Below the pieces are notes generated by a model. That model searched no databases. It had not been told where the DNA came from and saw only the letters and a list, made by a program, of their open reading frames with translations. The translations under genes and the position numbers were made by a program. Shown here in pieces: positions 36,901-49,249 of a stretch of DNA of 64,000 nucleotides. Within the stretch, counting starts at the first letter, position 1. Each line of letters starts with the position of its first letter. This DNA comes from Mizuhopecten yessoensis (Eukaryota): positions 1,083,734 to 1,147,733 of the forward strand of contig NW_018408136.1 in the NCBI RefSeq assembly GCF_002113885.1. The letters are read 5' to 3'.

Positions 36901-39900
36901 AGCTTTCCACAAAGACGACAGTAATTAAGCTTCCAACAACGACAACAGCAATTAAGCGTTCCCCAAAGACGACAGTAATTAGGCTTCCCCCAACGACAAC
37001 AGCAATTAAGCTTCCAACAACAACAACAGCAATCAGGCTTCCAACAAAGACAACAGATATCAGGCTTCCCACAACGACAACAGCAATTAGGTTTCCAGTT
37101 TCCCACAAAAACAACAGCAATAAGACTTACCACAACAACAGCAATTAGGCTTCCCACAAAACCAACAGTAATTATGCTTCCAACAAATACAACAGCAATT
37201 AAGCTTCACACAACGACAACAGCAATGAAGCTTCCAACATCGACAACAGCAATTAGGCTTCCCGAAACGACAACTGCAATTAAGCTTCCAAAAACAACGA
37301 CAGCAATCAGGCTTCCAACAAAAACAACAGCAATTTAGCTTCCTAAAACGACAACAGTAATTTAGCTTCCCACAACAACAGCAATTAGGGTTCCCACAAA
37401 AATAACAGCAATTAGGGTTCCCACAAAAACAACAGCAATTTGGCTTCCCACAACAACAGCAATTAGGCTTCCCACAAAAAACAACAGCAATTAGACTTCC
37501 CACAAAAACAACAGTTATTAGGTTCCAATAACAACAACAGCAATTTAGCTTCCCACAACAACAGCAATTAGGCTTCCCACAACAACAAAAAACAGTAATT
37601 ATGCTTCCAATAACGACTACAGCATTGAAAACATCAATTAAGCTTCCCACAAAAACAACAGCAATAAGGCTTCCCACAATAACAGCAATTAGGCTTCCCA
37701 CAAAACCAACAGTAATTATGCTTCCCACAAAAACAACAGCTATTAAGCTTACCACAACGACAACAGCAATGAAGCTTCCAACATCGACAACAGCAATTAT
37801 GCTTCCCACAACAACAACAGTAATTAAGCTTCAAATAACAACGACAACAGCAATAAGGCTTCCAACAACGACAACATCAATTAAGCTTCCCACAAAAACA
37901 ACAGCAATAAGGCTTCCCACAATAACAGCAATTAGGCTTCCCACAAAACCAACAGTAATTATGCTTCCCACAAATACAACAGCAATTAAGCTTACCACAA
38001 CGACAACAGCAATGAAGCTTCCAACATCGACAACAGCAATTAGGCTTCCCGAAACGACAACAGCAATAAAGCTTCCAAAAACAACGACAGCAATCAGGCT
38101 TCCAACAAAAACAACAGCAATTTAGCTTCCTAAAACGACAACAGTAATTTAGCTTCCCACAACAACAGAAATTAGGGTTCCCACAAAAACAACAGCAATT
38201 AGGCTTCCCACAAAAACAACAGCAATTTGGCTTCCCACAACAACAGCAATTAGGCTTCCCACAAAAACAACAGCAATAAGGCTTCCCACAAAAACAACAG
38301 CAATTAGGCTTCCCACAAAAACAACAGTAATTAGGTTCCCATAACAACAACAGCAATTAAGCTTCCCACAACAACAGCAATTAGGCTTCCCACAACAACA
38401 AAAAACAGTGATTATGCTTCCAATAACGACTACAGCATTGAAGCTTCCAACAACAACGACAATTAGGCTTCCCACAAAAACAACAATTAGGCTTCCCACA
38501 AAACCAACAGTAATTATGCTTCCCACTAAAACAACAGCTATTAAGCTTACCACAACGACAACAGCAATGAAGCTTACAACATCGACAACAGCAATTAGGT
38601 TTCCCAAAACGACAACAGCAATTAAGCTTCCAATAACAACGACAACAGCAATAAGGCTTCCCACAACGACAACATCAATTCAGCTTCCAACAACTACATC
38701 AGCAATTAAGCATCCCGCAACGACAACAGCAATTAGGCTTCCCACAAAAACAACAGCAATAAGACTTCCCACAACGACAACAGAAATTAAGCTTCCAAAA
38801 AAGACAGCATCAATTAGGTTCTAATTAGGCTTCCAACAACGACAACAATAAAAAGCCTTGTCACAACGACAACAGCAATTAGGGTAGCCCCAACGACAAC
38901 AGAAATTAAGCTACCAAAAAAGACAGCATAAATTAGGTTCCCAAAACAACAACAGCAATTTAGGTTCCCACAACAACAGCAATTGTGCATCCCATAAAAC
39001 AACAGCAATTGGGCTTCACATAAAAACAACAACAATTAGGCTTCCCACAAAACCAACAGTAATTATGCTTCCCACTACAACAACAGCTATTAAGCTTACC
39101 ACAACGACCCCAACAATGAAGCCAATTAAGCTTCCAAAACCAGCAACAGCAATCAGGCTTCCAACAAAAACAACAGCAATTTAGCTTCCTACCAAAACGA
39201 AAACAGCAATTAGGCTTCCAACAACGACAACAATAAAAAGCCTTGTCACCACGACAACAGCAATTAGGGTAGCCACAACGACAACAGAAATTAAGCTACC
39301 AAAAAAGACAGCATAAATTAGGTTCCCAAAACAACAACAGCAATTTAGGTTCCCACAACAACAGCAATTAGGGTTCCCACAAAAATCACAGCAATTAGGG
39401 TTCCCACAAAAATCACAGCAATTAGGGTTCCCACAAAAATCACAGCAATTAGGGTTCCCACAAAAATAACAGCAATTAGGGTTCCCACAAAAACAACAGC
39501 AATAAGACTTCCCACAAAAAAATACAGTAATTAGGTTTCCCACAAAAACAACAGCAATAAGACTTCCCACAACGACAACAGCAATTAGGCTTCCCACAAA
39601 GACAACAGTTATTATGCTTCCAACAACGACAATAGTAATTAAGCTTCCAACAACGACACGGCAATAAAGCTTCCAACAACGACAATAGTAATTAAGCTTC
39701 CAACAACGACACGGCAATAAAGCTTCCAACAACGACAATAGTAATTAAGCTTCCAACAACGACAACCGCAATTAATCTTTCCACAAAGATGACAGTAATT
39801 AGGCTTCCCACAACGACAACAGCAATTAAGCTTCCAATAACAGCGACAGCAATCAGGCTTCCAACAAAGACAACAGCTATCAGGCTTCCCACAACGACAA

Positions 39901-42900
39901 CAGCAATTAGGATTCCATAACAACAACAGCAATTTAGCTTCCCACAACAAAAAAACAGTAATTATGCTTCCAATAACGACTACAGCATTGAAGCTTCCAG
40001 CAACAACGACAGCAATCATGCTTCCCACAACGAAAGCAGCAATTTAGCTTCCCAAAACGACAACAGCAATTCAGCTTCCCACAACAACAGCAATTAGGCT
40101 TCCCACAAAAACAGCAGCAATAAGGCTTTCCACAAAAACAGCAATTACGCTTCCCACAAAACCAACAGTAAATATGCTTCCCACAAAAACAACAGCAATT
40201 GAACTTACCACAACGACAACCGCAATGAAGCTTCCAACATCGACAACAGCAATTAGGCTTCCCGAAACGACAACAGCAATTAAGCTTCCAATAACAACGA
40301 CAGCAATCAGGCTTCTAACAAAAACAACAGCAATTTAGCCCCCTAAAACGACAACAGTAATTTAGCTTCCAACAACAACAGCAATTAGGCTTCCCACAAC
40401 AACAAAAAACAGTAATTATGCTTCCAATAACGACTACAGCATTGAAGCTTCCAACAACAGCGACGACAGCAATCATGCTTCCCACAACGACAACAGCAAT
40501 TTAGCTTCCCAAAACGACAATAGCAATTTAGCTTCCCACAACAACAGCAATAAGGCTTCCCACAAAAACAACAGCAATAAGGCTTTCCACAAAAACAGCA
40601 ATTACGCTTCCCACAAAAACAACAGCAATTAAACTTACCACAACGACAACAGCAATGAAGCTTCCAACATCGACAACAGCAATTAGGCTTCCGAAACGAA
40701 AACAGCAATTAAGCTTCCAATAACAACGACAGCAATCAGGCTTCCAACAAAAACAACAGCAATTTAGCTTCCCAAAACGACAACAGCAATTAGGCTTCCC
40801 GCAAAAACAACAGCAATAAGGCTTCCTACAAATACAACAGCAATTAGGCTTCCCGCAAAAACAACAGCAATAAGGCTATTCCACAAAAACAGCAATTACG
40901 CTTCCCACAAAACCAACAGTAATTATGCTTCCCACAAAAACAACAGCAATAATGCTTTTCCACAAAAACAGCAATTACGCTTCCCACAAAAACAACAGCA
41001 ATTAGGCTTCACATAAAAACAGCAACAATTAGGCTTCCCACAACAACAACAAACAGTAATTATGCTTCCAATAACGCTTCCCACAACAACAGCAATAAGG
41101 CTTCCAATAACAACTACAGCATTGAAGCTTCCAACAACAACGACAGCAGTCATGCTTCCCACAACGACAACAGCAATTGAGCTTCCCACAACAACAGCAA
41201 TTAGGCTTTCCACAAAAACAACAGTAATTATGCTTTCCACAAAATCAACAGTAATTATGCTTCCCACAAAAACAACAGCAATAATGCTTTTCCACAAAAA
41301 CAGCAATTACGCTTCCCACAAAAACAACAGCAATTAAACCTACCACAACGACAACAGCAATGAAGCTTCCACCATCGACAACAGCAATTAGGCTTCCGAA
41401 ACGAAACCAGCAATTAAGCTTCCAATAACATCGACAGCAATCAGGCTTCCAACAAAAACAACAGTAATTCAATTAGGCTTCCCACAACAACAGCAACAGC
41501 AATTAGGCTTCCCAAAAAAACAACAGCAATTTGGCTTCCCACAACAACAGCAACAGCAATTAGGCTTCCCACAAAAACAACAGCAATAAGGCTTCCAATA
41601 ACGACTACAGCATTGAAGCTTCCAACAACAACGATAGCAATCATGCTTCCCACAACGAAAACAGCAATTTAGCTTCCCAAAAAGACAACAGCAATTTAGC
41701 TTCCCACAACAACAGCAATTAGGCTTTCCACAAAAACAACAGTAATTATGCTTTCCACAAAATCAACAGTAATTAGGCTTCCCACAAAAACAACAGCAAT
41801 TTAGCTTCCCACAACAACAGCAATTAGGCTTTCCACAAAACAGCAATTAGGCTTCCCACAAAAACAACAGTAATTATGCTTTCCACAAAATCAACAGTAA
41901 TTATGCTTCCCACAAAAACAACAGCAATTAAACTTACCACAACGACAACAGCAATGAAGCTTCCAACATCGACAACAGCAATTAGGCTTCCCGAAACGAC
42001 AAGAGCAATTAGGCTTCCAATAACAACGACAGTAATCAGGCTTCCAACAAAAACAACAGCAATTTAGCTTCCTAAAACGACAACAGTAATTTAGCTTCCC
42101 ACAACAACAGCAATTAGGCTTCCCACAACAACAAAAAACAGTAATTATGCTTCCAATAACGACTACAGCATTGAAGCTTCCAACAACAACGACAGCAATC
42201 ATGCTTCCCACAACGACAACAGCAATTTAGCTTCCCAAAACGACAACACTATTTAGCTTCCCACAACAACAGCAATTAGGCTTTCCACAAAAACAGCAAT
42301 TAGGCTTCCCACAAAAACAACAGTAATTAGGCTTCCCACAAAAAAAAACAATAATTAGGCTTCCAACAACGACAACAGCAATTAGGCTTCCCGAAACGAC
42401 AACAGCAATTAAGCTTCCTACAACGACAACAGCATTTTAGCGTCCCAAAAGGACAACAGTAACTTAGCTTTCCACAACAACAGCAATTAGGCTTCCCACA
42501 AAAACAACAGCAATAAGACTTCCCACAAAAACAACAGCAATAAGGCTTCCCACAAAAACAACAGCAATTAAGCTTGCCACAATGACAATAGCAATTTAGC
42601 TTCCCACAACAACAGCAATTAGGCTTCCCAAAAAAACAACAGCAATTAAGCTTGCCACAACAACAGCAATTAGGCTTCCCACAAAAACAACAGCAATTAG
42701 GCTTCCCACAAAAACATCAGTAATTAGGCTTCCCACAACAAATAAACAGTAATTATGCTTCCAATAACGACTACAGCATTGAAGCTTCCAACAACAACGA
42801 CAGCAGTCATGCTTCCCACAACGACAACAGCAATTTAGCTTTCCAAAACGACAACAGCAATTTAGCTTCCCAAAACGACAACAGCAATTTAGCTTCCCAA

Positions 42901-43965
42901 AACGACAACAGCAATTAGGCTTCCCACAACAACAGCAAAGAGGCTTCCCACAAAACCAACAGTAATTATGCTCCCCACAAAATCAACAGTAATTAGGCTT
43001 CCCATAAAAACAACAGCAATTTGGCTTCCCACAACAACAGCAATTAGGCTTCGCAAAAAAAACAACAGCAATAAGGCTTCCCACAAAAACAACAGTAATT
43101 ATGCTTCCAATAACGACTACAGCATTGAAGCTTCCAACAACAACGACAGCAATCATGCTTCCCACAACGACAACAGCAATTTAGCTTCCCAAAACGACAA
43201 CAGCAATTTAGCTTCCCACAACAACAGCAATTAGGCTTCCCACAAAATCAACAGTAATTAGGCTTCCTACAAAAACAACAGCAATAAGGCTTCCAACAAA
43301 AACAACAGTAATTATGCTTCCAATAACGACTACAGCATTGAAGCTTCCAACAACAACGACAGCAATCATGCTTTCCACAACGACAACAACAATGAAGCTT
43401 CCCACAACGACAACAGCAATTTAGCTTCCCAAAACGACAACAGCAATTTAGCTTCCCACAACAACAGCAATTAGGCTTCCCGCAAAAACAACAGCAATAA
43501 GGCTTCCTACAAATACAACAGCAATTAGGCTTCCCACAAAAACAACAGCAATTAAGCTTGCCACAACGACAACAGCAATTAAGCTTCCCAAAACAACAGC
43601 AATTAGGCTTCCCACAAAAACAACAGTAATTAGGCTTCCCACAAAAACAACAGCAATTAAGCTTGCCACAACGACAATTGCAATGAAGCTTCCCAAAACG
43701 ACAGCAGCACTTAAGCTTCCCTAAACGACAACCGCAATTAAGCTTGCCACAACGACAACAGCAATTATGCTTGCCATAACAACAACAGCAATTAAGCTTG
43801 CCACAACGACAACAGCAATTAAGCTTCCCAAAACGACAACAGCAGTTAAGCTTCCCAAAACGACAACGTCTATCAAGCTCTCCAATAAGGCATTAACAAT
43901 TAGGATTGCCATAACGACAACAGCAGGTAGGCTCCCAACAACGACAGCAATTCAGCTTCACATAA
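33933..43965. repeat. 10-kb A/C-rich satellite, 27-bp unit (24/30-bp variants), ACAACGACAACAGCAATTA(A/G)GCTTCC(A/C)
   Basis: Repeat translations are TTTTAIRLP (+) and GSLIAVVVV or CCCCGKPN (-). Diagnostic variant blocks recur. All frames are interrupted by stops or frameshifts. Confidence 0.98.
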
Positions 43966-44763
43966 CTAGAGGCACTGTATTAAACCGGAACAAATTTGAG
44001 ATTGGGATTACAGTGAGTCGTATGAAACACTTGCTGATTGGCTGATTCAGTTGTGTGAGACTTAAACCAACTACAAATACTTTGTTCATGCGCACAACCC
44101 TACAGCTCTAGACGCGCTATTATAATATAACTGCTGTATCCCACTTGATGTTGTAAGAGGCAACTAATATTTTAACAGCCTGCAGAAATGGAGATTTTAC
44201 GTATGTGCCTTATTACCGAACGGCAAAGATAAATCTACTTCACCTATTGCAACATTTGGGATCTAAAGATGTTCTCTCTTTTTCCAAAGAACCATTTGAT
44301 TTCTTAGCGCCTTGTTTTGCGATACCTTACCTCCAGGAAACATTCTGTTCCAAGGGCGGGAACGTTCAACATTAAAGAATAAGCTTCCCACAAAGACAAC
44401 AGCAAATAATTTTGCTACAATGACAATATGATTTCAGCTTCCCGCTATTTGTGCATGACAATGATTTAGTTTTTCACAATGGCAACAACAATACTAGAAA
44501 TGTGAGGTAAGGAAGGCCCTATTTATATATTACATTTAACAATCTGATGCAAAACGCAAAGGGCAAGCGAATGAAAAAAATAATACTTCCGAAGCAAACG
44601 GAGATTCTCCGCAAAAGTTGCCGTTAAAACCCTTAATAACTTTAACAATGTTCGGCTACAATAGATAATTTGTTCTTAATATAGTATTCATGTTCAACGT
44701 GCCCGTTAATTTCAAGCTACAGGGCCATGGTCCAGGACTGATGGTGCACCATCTGAGTCCATT

Positions 44764-44924
44764 TAAGCATTGAACTGTTTTGTATGATATTTATGATCTA
44801 TTTGAATGACACAGCTTTGCAAGCAAACAACCTAATTTGCGCTAGCGCATTATGATTTGTTTGCTTGTAAAGCTGTTTCATTCAAATAGATCATAAATAT
44901 CATACAAAAACAGTTCAATACTTA
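44764..44924. mobile_element. 161-bp palindromic (hairpin) element
   Basis: TAAGCATTGAACTGTTTTGTATGATATTTATGATCTATTTGAATGA... pairs with ...TCATTCAAATAGATCATAAATATCATACAAAAACAGTTCAATACTTA. The centre is TGCGCTAGCGCA. Confidence 0.8.
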
Positions 44925-46129
44925 TATTTACGTTTTCTCTGCCTCTTATGTTCTTTTTTAACTTATAATTTATAATTAAAATTAAAAATGCCCGCCTTAT
45001 CGACAGTCCACACAATTTCGTTCAATAGTTTGAACAGCGTATTGTCGCGTGCTGATTGGCAAACAAAGTAGTACTTTGACATTTTAACAAACACTTCAAT
45101 TATATTCCACAATTCAGTATCAATACAATTGCGTATGATATGTCTATAGGGTGATTCCAGTTTTTCAATAGAAATCTGAGCTGAAAGTTAGATTTGAAAT
45201 TGTTTCGATTTTCCCCCGGAACAAATTTCGCGCATGGATAAATACAGTGAACACCGTGAATGGGACCTTGACCTCCACGAGGGAGTTATTTTTGGAAGTT
45301 AATTCGAACTTTTCTCTTTGCTCATTTTGTGAAGAATCCAGGCGTGAATGTATTTGTTGATTGTATGGGAACCCGACAACAGTCGGTAGATTCTATAACA
45401 GCATCGTTATTTGACATGTCGTCTGAAACTGAGGAACCGTGGATCCGAGACGCGTGAAACTGATAGCGTTTGAAGTGAGTGATCTAGCGACGGAGCACAG
45501 GTTCGTTACAAATGTCTGAAATGACGAATGTTTATGTGTGCTGTGACTCATCAGTAGGTCTATAGAATATGTGTTTTCAGACATTTATAACGAACCCCTG
45601 TTGATCAGTGCAGTGTAACAGACGATATTTCTGATGAATTGCATGAGCGTTAAAATTGTTTCCATTGCCGGCATTGGTGTTTTCAACCGATGTGCATTTT
45701 GTACCATATTGCAGACCTTTGTCTTGTTTTCGTTGTAATAAGAGTTTTTTTTTATTTTATTTTTTATTTTGCACATAGAGTTACAATGACATTATCAAAT
45801 CTCACAATGCCCAGCGATATTTCAGCAGCCGTCATGTTTATTTACATTGGATATTGTAGATCCGGTCAGTGTTGTAATTAATACGCTAAGAATTGTGTCT
45901 CGTGCGGCATGGTAATTATGTCTCGTGCGGCATGGTAATTAAAGTCCCATCAACGACACAGCTCTCAAAGAGGCTATATAGTGACAATGCCATGCAAATG
46001 TAAATATAACCTTGTGACGTACACTACCTACTGGCAATACGAACTAAGGTAGCATATCGATGTAGAACGTCAAACAAAGATACACAAATACACATATTTA
46101 TTAAGCTGTTTTACAAAAATAATGTCAAG

Positions 46130-47114
46130 GATTTAAACTGCCGGAATAGGCCGATCCGCTTGAATGGGTCTATCAGGTAATGAACCTATTGGAAGGAGAT
46201 TATTCCACTAAAGTGTTCGTTTCCTTCCTTCTCCGGGTTCCGATTGTACTATATATACTGGATGTCTTTGTTTGATTCCTCAAGTACTACCTATACTACT
46301 TTTTCCAAGTAATCTGATAGCTGATTCCCTTCAAATGATAATATTTTGACTTATTAACCTTTATTATATCACCCCTCTGTTTCCTTTCGAATTGCATTTC
46401 CTGTCGGTGTTTAACCTAGTGAGGCAAAGATGGGGCCAGCTGGTTTGGATCCTTCAACTTTGCTCTGAGGTTATTAACATACTCAGATAGTAATGATGTC
46501 GAATCGCTATTTCTGTCTATGCCGAACGCTGTGTCAACTGGTACATACCCGCTGTTCCATACAAAGCATGAGCTGAAATGGCGAATCTAGTACAGTCATG
46601 GCGAGTATTTCTTAGGAAGACATTCGTCGGGCCAGGTCATGTGTATCGCACTCCTCTAGCGTTCACACCATGTCCAGCTGAACGCCCTGCTGGACCTTAC
46701 TGTGGTGCTATTACCCATGGGATGGTACGGCGTTATTTTCGAACTTTCAGCACAAAGAAGCGACACAGCTCCCTGATCGGTACGAAGCTTCTGTGGTATA
46801 CCATTAATGCACAATGAAGTCGTTGGAAAGTGCGTCAGCAGTCGTCTTCGCTGTTTGATTCCAAATGGGGGGCTTGGGCGTATCGGGTACAATGATCCGT
46901 TTTTACGAGGATGTTACCTATTCCTACTTTTACAGTTTCTAGTGACAAGAAATCAAGATAAAAATTCTCTATGGATTGCACTTTGTTGATACTGACAAGT
47001 GGTGCTCTATATATCCGCGGGCGACTTCGCTCGGAGACATCTAGGACATTTCCCAATCCTCCACATTCTAACTCGTGCTTGGCTAGTAAAGCTAGTAAAC
47101 ACCCTAGCTCGGCC
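46130..47114 (-). mobile_element. Decayed Ty3/Gypsy LTR-retrotransposon integrase (core and C-terminus)
   Basis: Motifs FY*PS..VEDW..KCPRCLRAKSP, RAPLVSI..LDFLSLE..NILVKTDHCTRYAQA, GIPQKLRTDQG, SKITPYHPMGN, SPFQLM..PVDTAFG and EYVNNLRAKLK occur in order, with frameshifts and stops. Confidence 0.9.
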
Positions 47115-47619
47115 AAAAGGTACTTAACACGTTTTAGACTAAGCTCATATAGTTTAAATATTGAGAAAGGCGGGTACAGAAATCAACAAAGAGAACAACG
47201 ACTTTGGTCATTCTGTAACGTTAATGATGCTGAAGATGAATTCCATTTTATACTTAAATGCAAATTTTATGATGATTTTAGGCATGAATATATTAAACCT
47301 TATTTTTACAAACGACCTAGTGTTTTCACGTTAATAGAACTGTTCAATACCAAAATCGTTAAAGATCTAAATAAACTAGGCAAAATTTTGCATTTAAGTA
47401 CAAAACGACGAAATAATATTGTTTAACTAAATATAATACTGCATGTTCTGTATGTTATACCCACATACATGTATATTGTGTTTTAATAATATATATTATG
47501 CATTGTACACTATTGCATCCACTGTAATTTGTGTTATACATTGTGATATTTTGTGCATATGTGTATGTCTACTCTCCGATGTGTTGTAAACATAAGGAAA
47601 TAAAGAATCTGAATCTGAA
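47115..47619 (+). mobile_element. 5'-truncated LINE (ORF2 C-terminal CCHC-like region, 3' UTR and tandem tail)
   Basis: LTRFRLSSYSLNIEKGGY..REQRLWSFCNVNDAEDEFHFILKCKFY..YIKPYFYKRPS, stop at 47426. AATAAA is followed by GAATCTGAATCTGAA ending at 47619. Flanked by CC/CC. Confidence 0.9.
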
Positions 47620-47790
47620 CCAGGCTGACACGTGCCATCATGTAAGCCGTTGAGAGCTTCCCGAACGAATACAAATGTGATACTAGTTGCTCCCGTCTGT
47701 CGCCATCTCCATAAACATCGACTTTACGATGATAGGTTTAAATAGGACCACTTTGACATCCTGCTGAAGCATTACAAGTTGTCAAGTTGC
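47620..47790 (-). mobile_element. N-terminal part of the same Gypsy integrase (zinc-binding region)
   Basis: The minus strand reads YHRKVDVYGDGDRREQLV..FVREALNGLHDGTCQPG (~LYRK..QLVLP..AL.GLH...GHPG). It joins in frame across the LINE to RAR (~GHPGRDR). Confidence 0.75.
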
Positions 47791-47849
47791 ACGAAAGTGT
47801 CCGTTTCTGTCTATGAAATAATGCTGAATCTGTCTATGAAATAATGCTT

Positions 47850-47976
47850 AATCTGTCAATGTGTAATCTACTCTCTCTGTCATGTTTTATTTTGATTGAT
47901 GTTATTTTGTTTGACCTCTTGTTACACACTTTGTGTGTCAGAGCGTAATAAAAAAAAATCTTGAAATCCTGAAATC
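47850..47976 (+). mobile_element. Short non-LTR retroelement 3' end
   Basis: T-rich UTR-like stretch, AATAAA, then an A run and a TCTTGAAATCCTGAAATC tandem tail. Confidence 0.45.
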
Positions 47977-49118
47977 TATGTGTGTATTAACAAGTTACTT
48001 ACGTGCATGTATGTGTGAACAATATTATGGTATATCTATATAGTACGTAATGTGTATACGACATCGCTTTGTCCTTTGTACTATACTGACGCAAGAAGTA
48101 AATATCACAGACGTATTTACAGCTGCAAACACGGAAAGTTCCTTGGAACCGGAAGTGAAGCGTTACCTAGAAGTGGAAGACGTCACGGGGAGGCTTTGCC
48201 TGCCGTGTTTAGCTTGCTCAGATCTCGTTTGCATTTATCATGAATTTATAGATATTTACGTTTAATAAAATATGATATGGTGAGTGATCCCAAACAAGGT
48301 AGCCGCTTCTTATCACTTGCAGAGCAGCCACCAGTATTTTCTTCTTTGTGAAACTAGGAGGTCGGTAGGTTTCACTGACTACTGCGTTCCTTTCACAGCG
48401 AATTGTGGTTATATAGAGGAAGAGAGGACCCGACACTTAAAACAAGACAGAACAAACACATAGTAATTACCATTTAGCGTTAGTAACCCATTAGAGAAGT
48501 CCGACTGACAGCCGGAAGTTATTGAGGGTCATCAACTGACAGCAGTGGACAAATTGAGAAAGGCCATGATAGTCTGAGGTGCGGCAAATACAAATGTGTT
48601 CCTGTTCCTTCTGGCTATGAGTAGGGCAACAAATAGGTACGAGATTAAAGGTAGATCATGTCAATGAGAGAATTTACCTGAGCTGATAATCCATAAGAGG
48701 AAGGGGTTACATTATGTACTTCACTACACCAGGAAGGACGTCCTTACTCGGAATACTGTAATAGGTATGAACTCATGACCGTCATAGAACGTACTCATAT
48801 TAACCTGCCTCACTGTGTTATCTGGGTGCAAATACCGAGAATTATCTTTTTATGGTTGGGAATGAAAGTCGTTTCGATAGGAAACAGAGCTGATTAGCGA
48901 TGTGTGAGCGGAGTGATAGAGCATAGCAGACCGGAGATGGTATCGCCATGAGAACGCGTAAAGCTGACATAGCGAGCAGTATTTGGTCTTCTTGTCCTGC
49001 TTATCAATTCGGATAGTACAATGTTGACTTAATCAGCTACCAATCTGCTATTCTCGGTAACACAGTTGTAGTGTACGAGATTCCAGGGTTTATGCTTTGT
49101 GTGACGTATTTTAAGTCA

Positions 49119-49249
49119 TATAAGGATTGAACGGGTCCAAATTCATGGCAAAATCAATTACATTTCTATCCCACGAAGCCCGTTAAACGTGGAACCGAGT
49201 TGTGTTCATACTGGCATTTACATTGAACAAATGCCGTTCAATCTTTATA
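49119..49249. mobile_element. Small MITE-like element with 16-bp terminal inverted repeats
   Basis: TATAAGGATTGAACGG (49119-49134) and CCGTTCAATCTTTATA (49234-49249) are 15/16 complementary. Confidence 0.6.

Noticed and set aside
34154-44045. Cys-rich, poly-Val and Thr-rich ORFs as metallothionein-like, membrane or mucin proteins
   Set aside because: They overlap in several frames of the same 27-bp satellite and contain frequent stops.
46971-47426. 151-aa ORF as a host gene
   Set aside because: It is a chimera of antisense Gypsy sequence and a truncated LINE ORF2 end.
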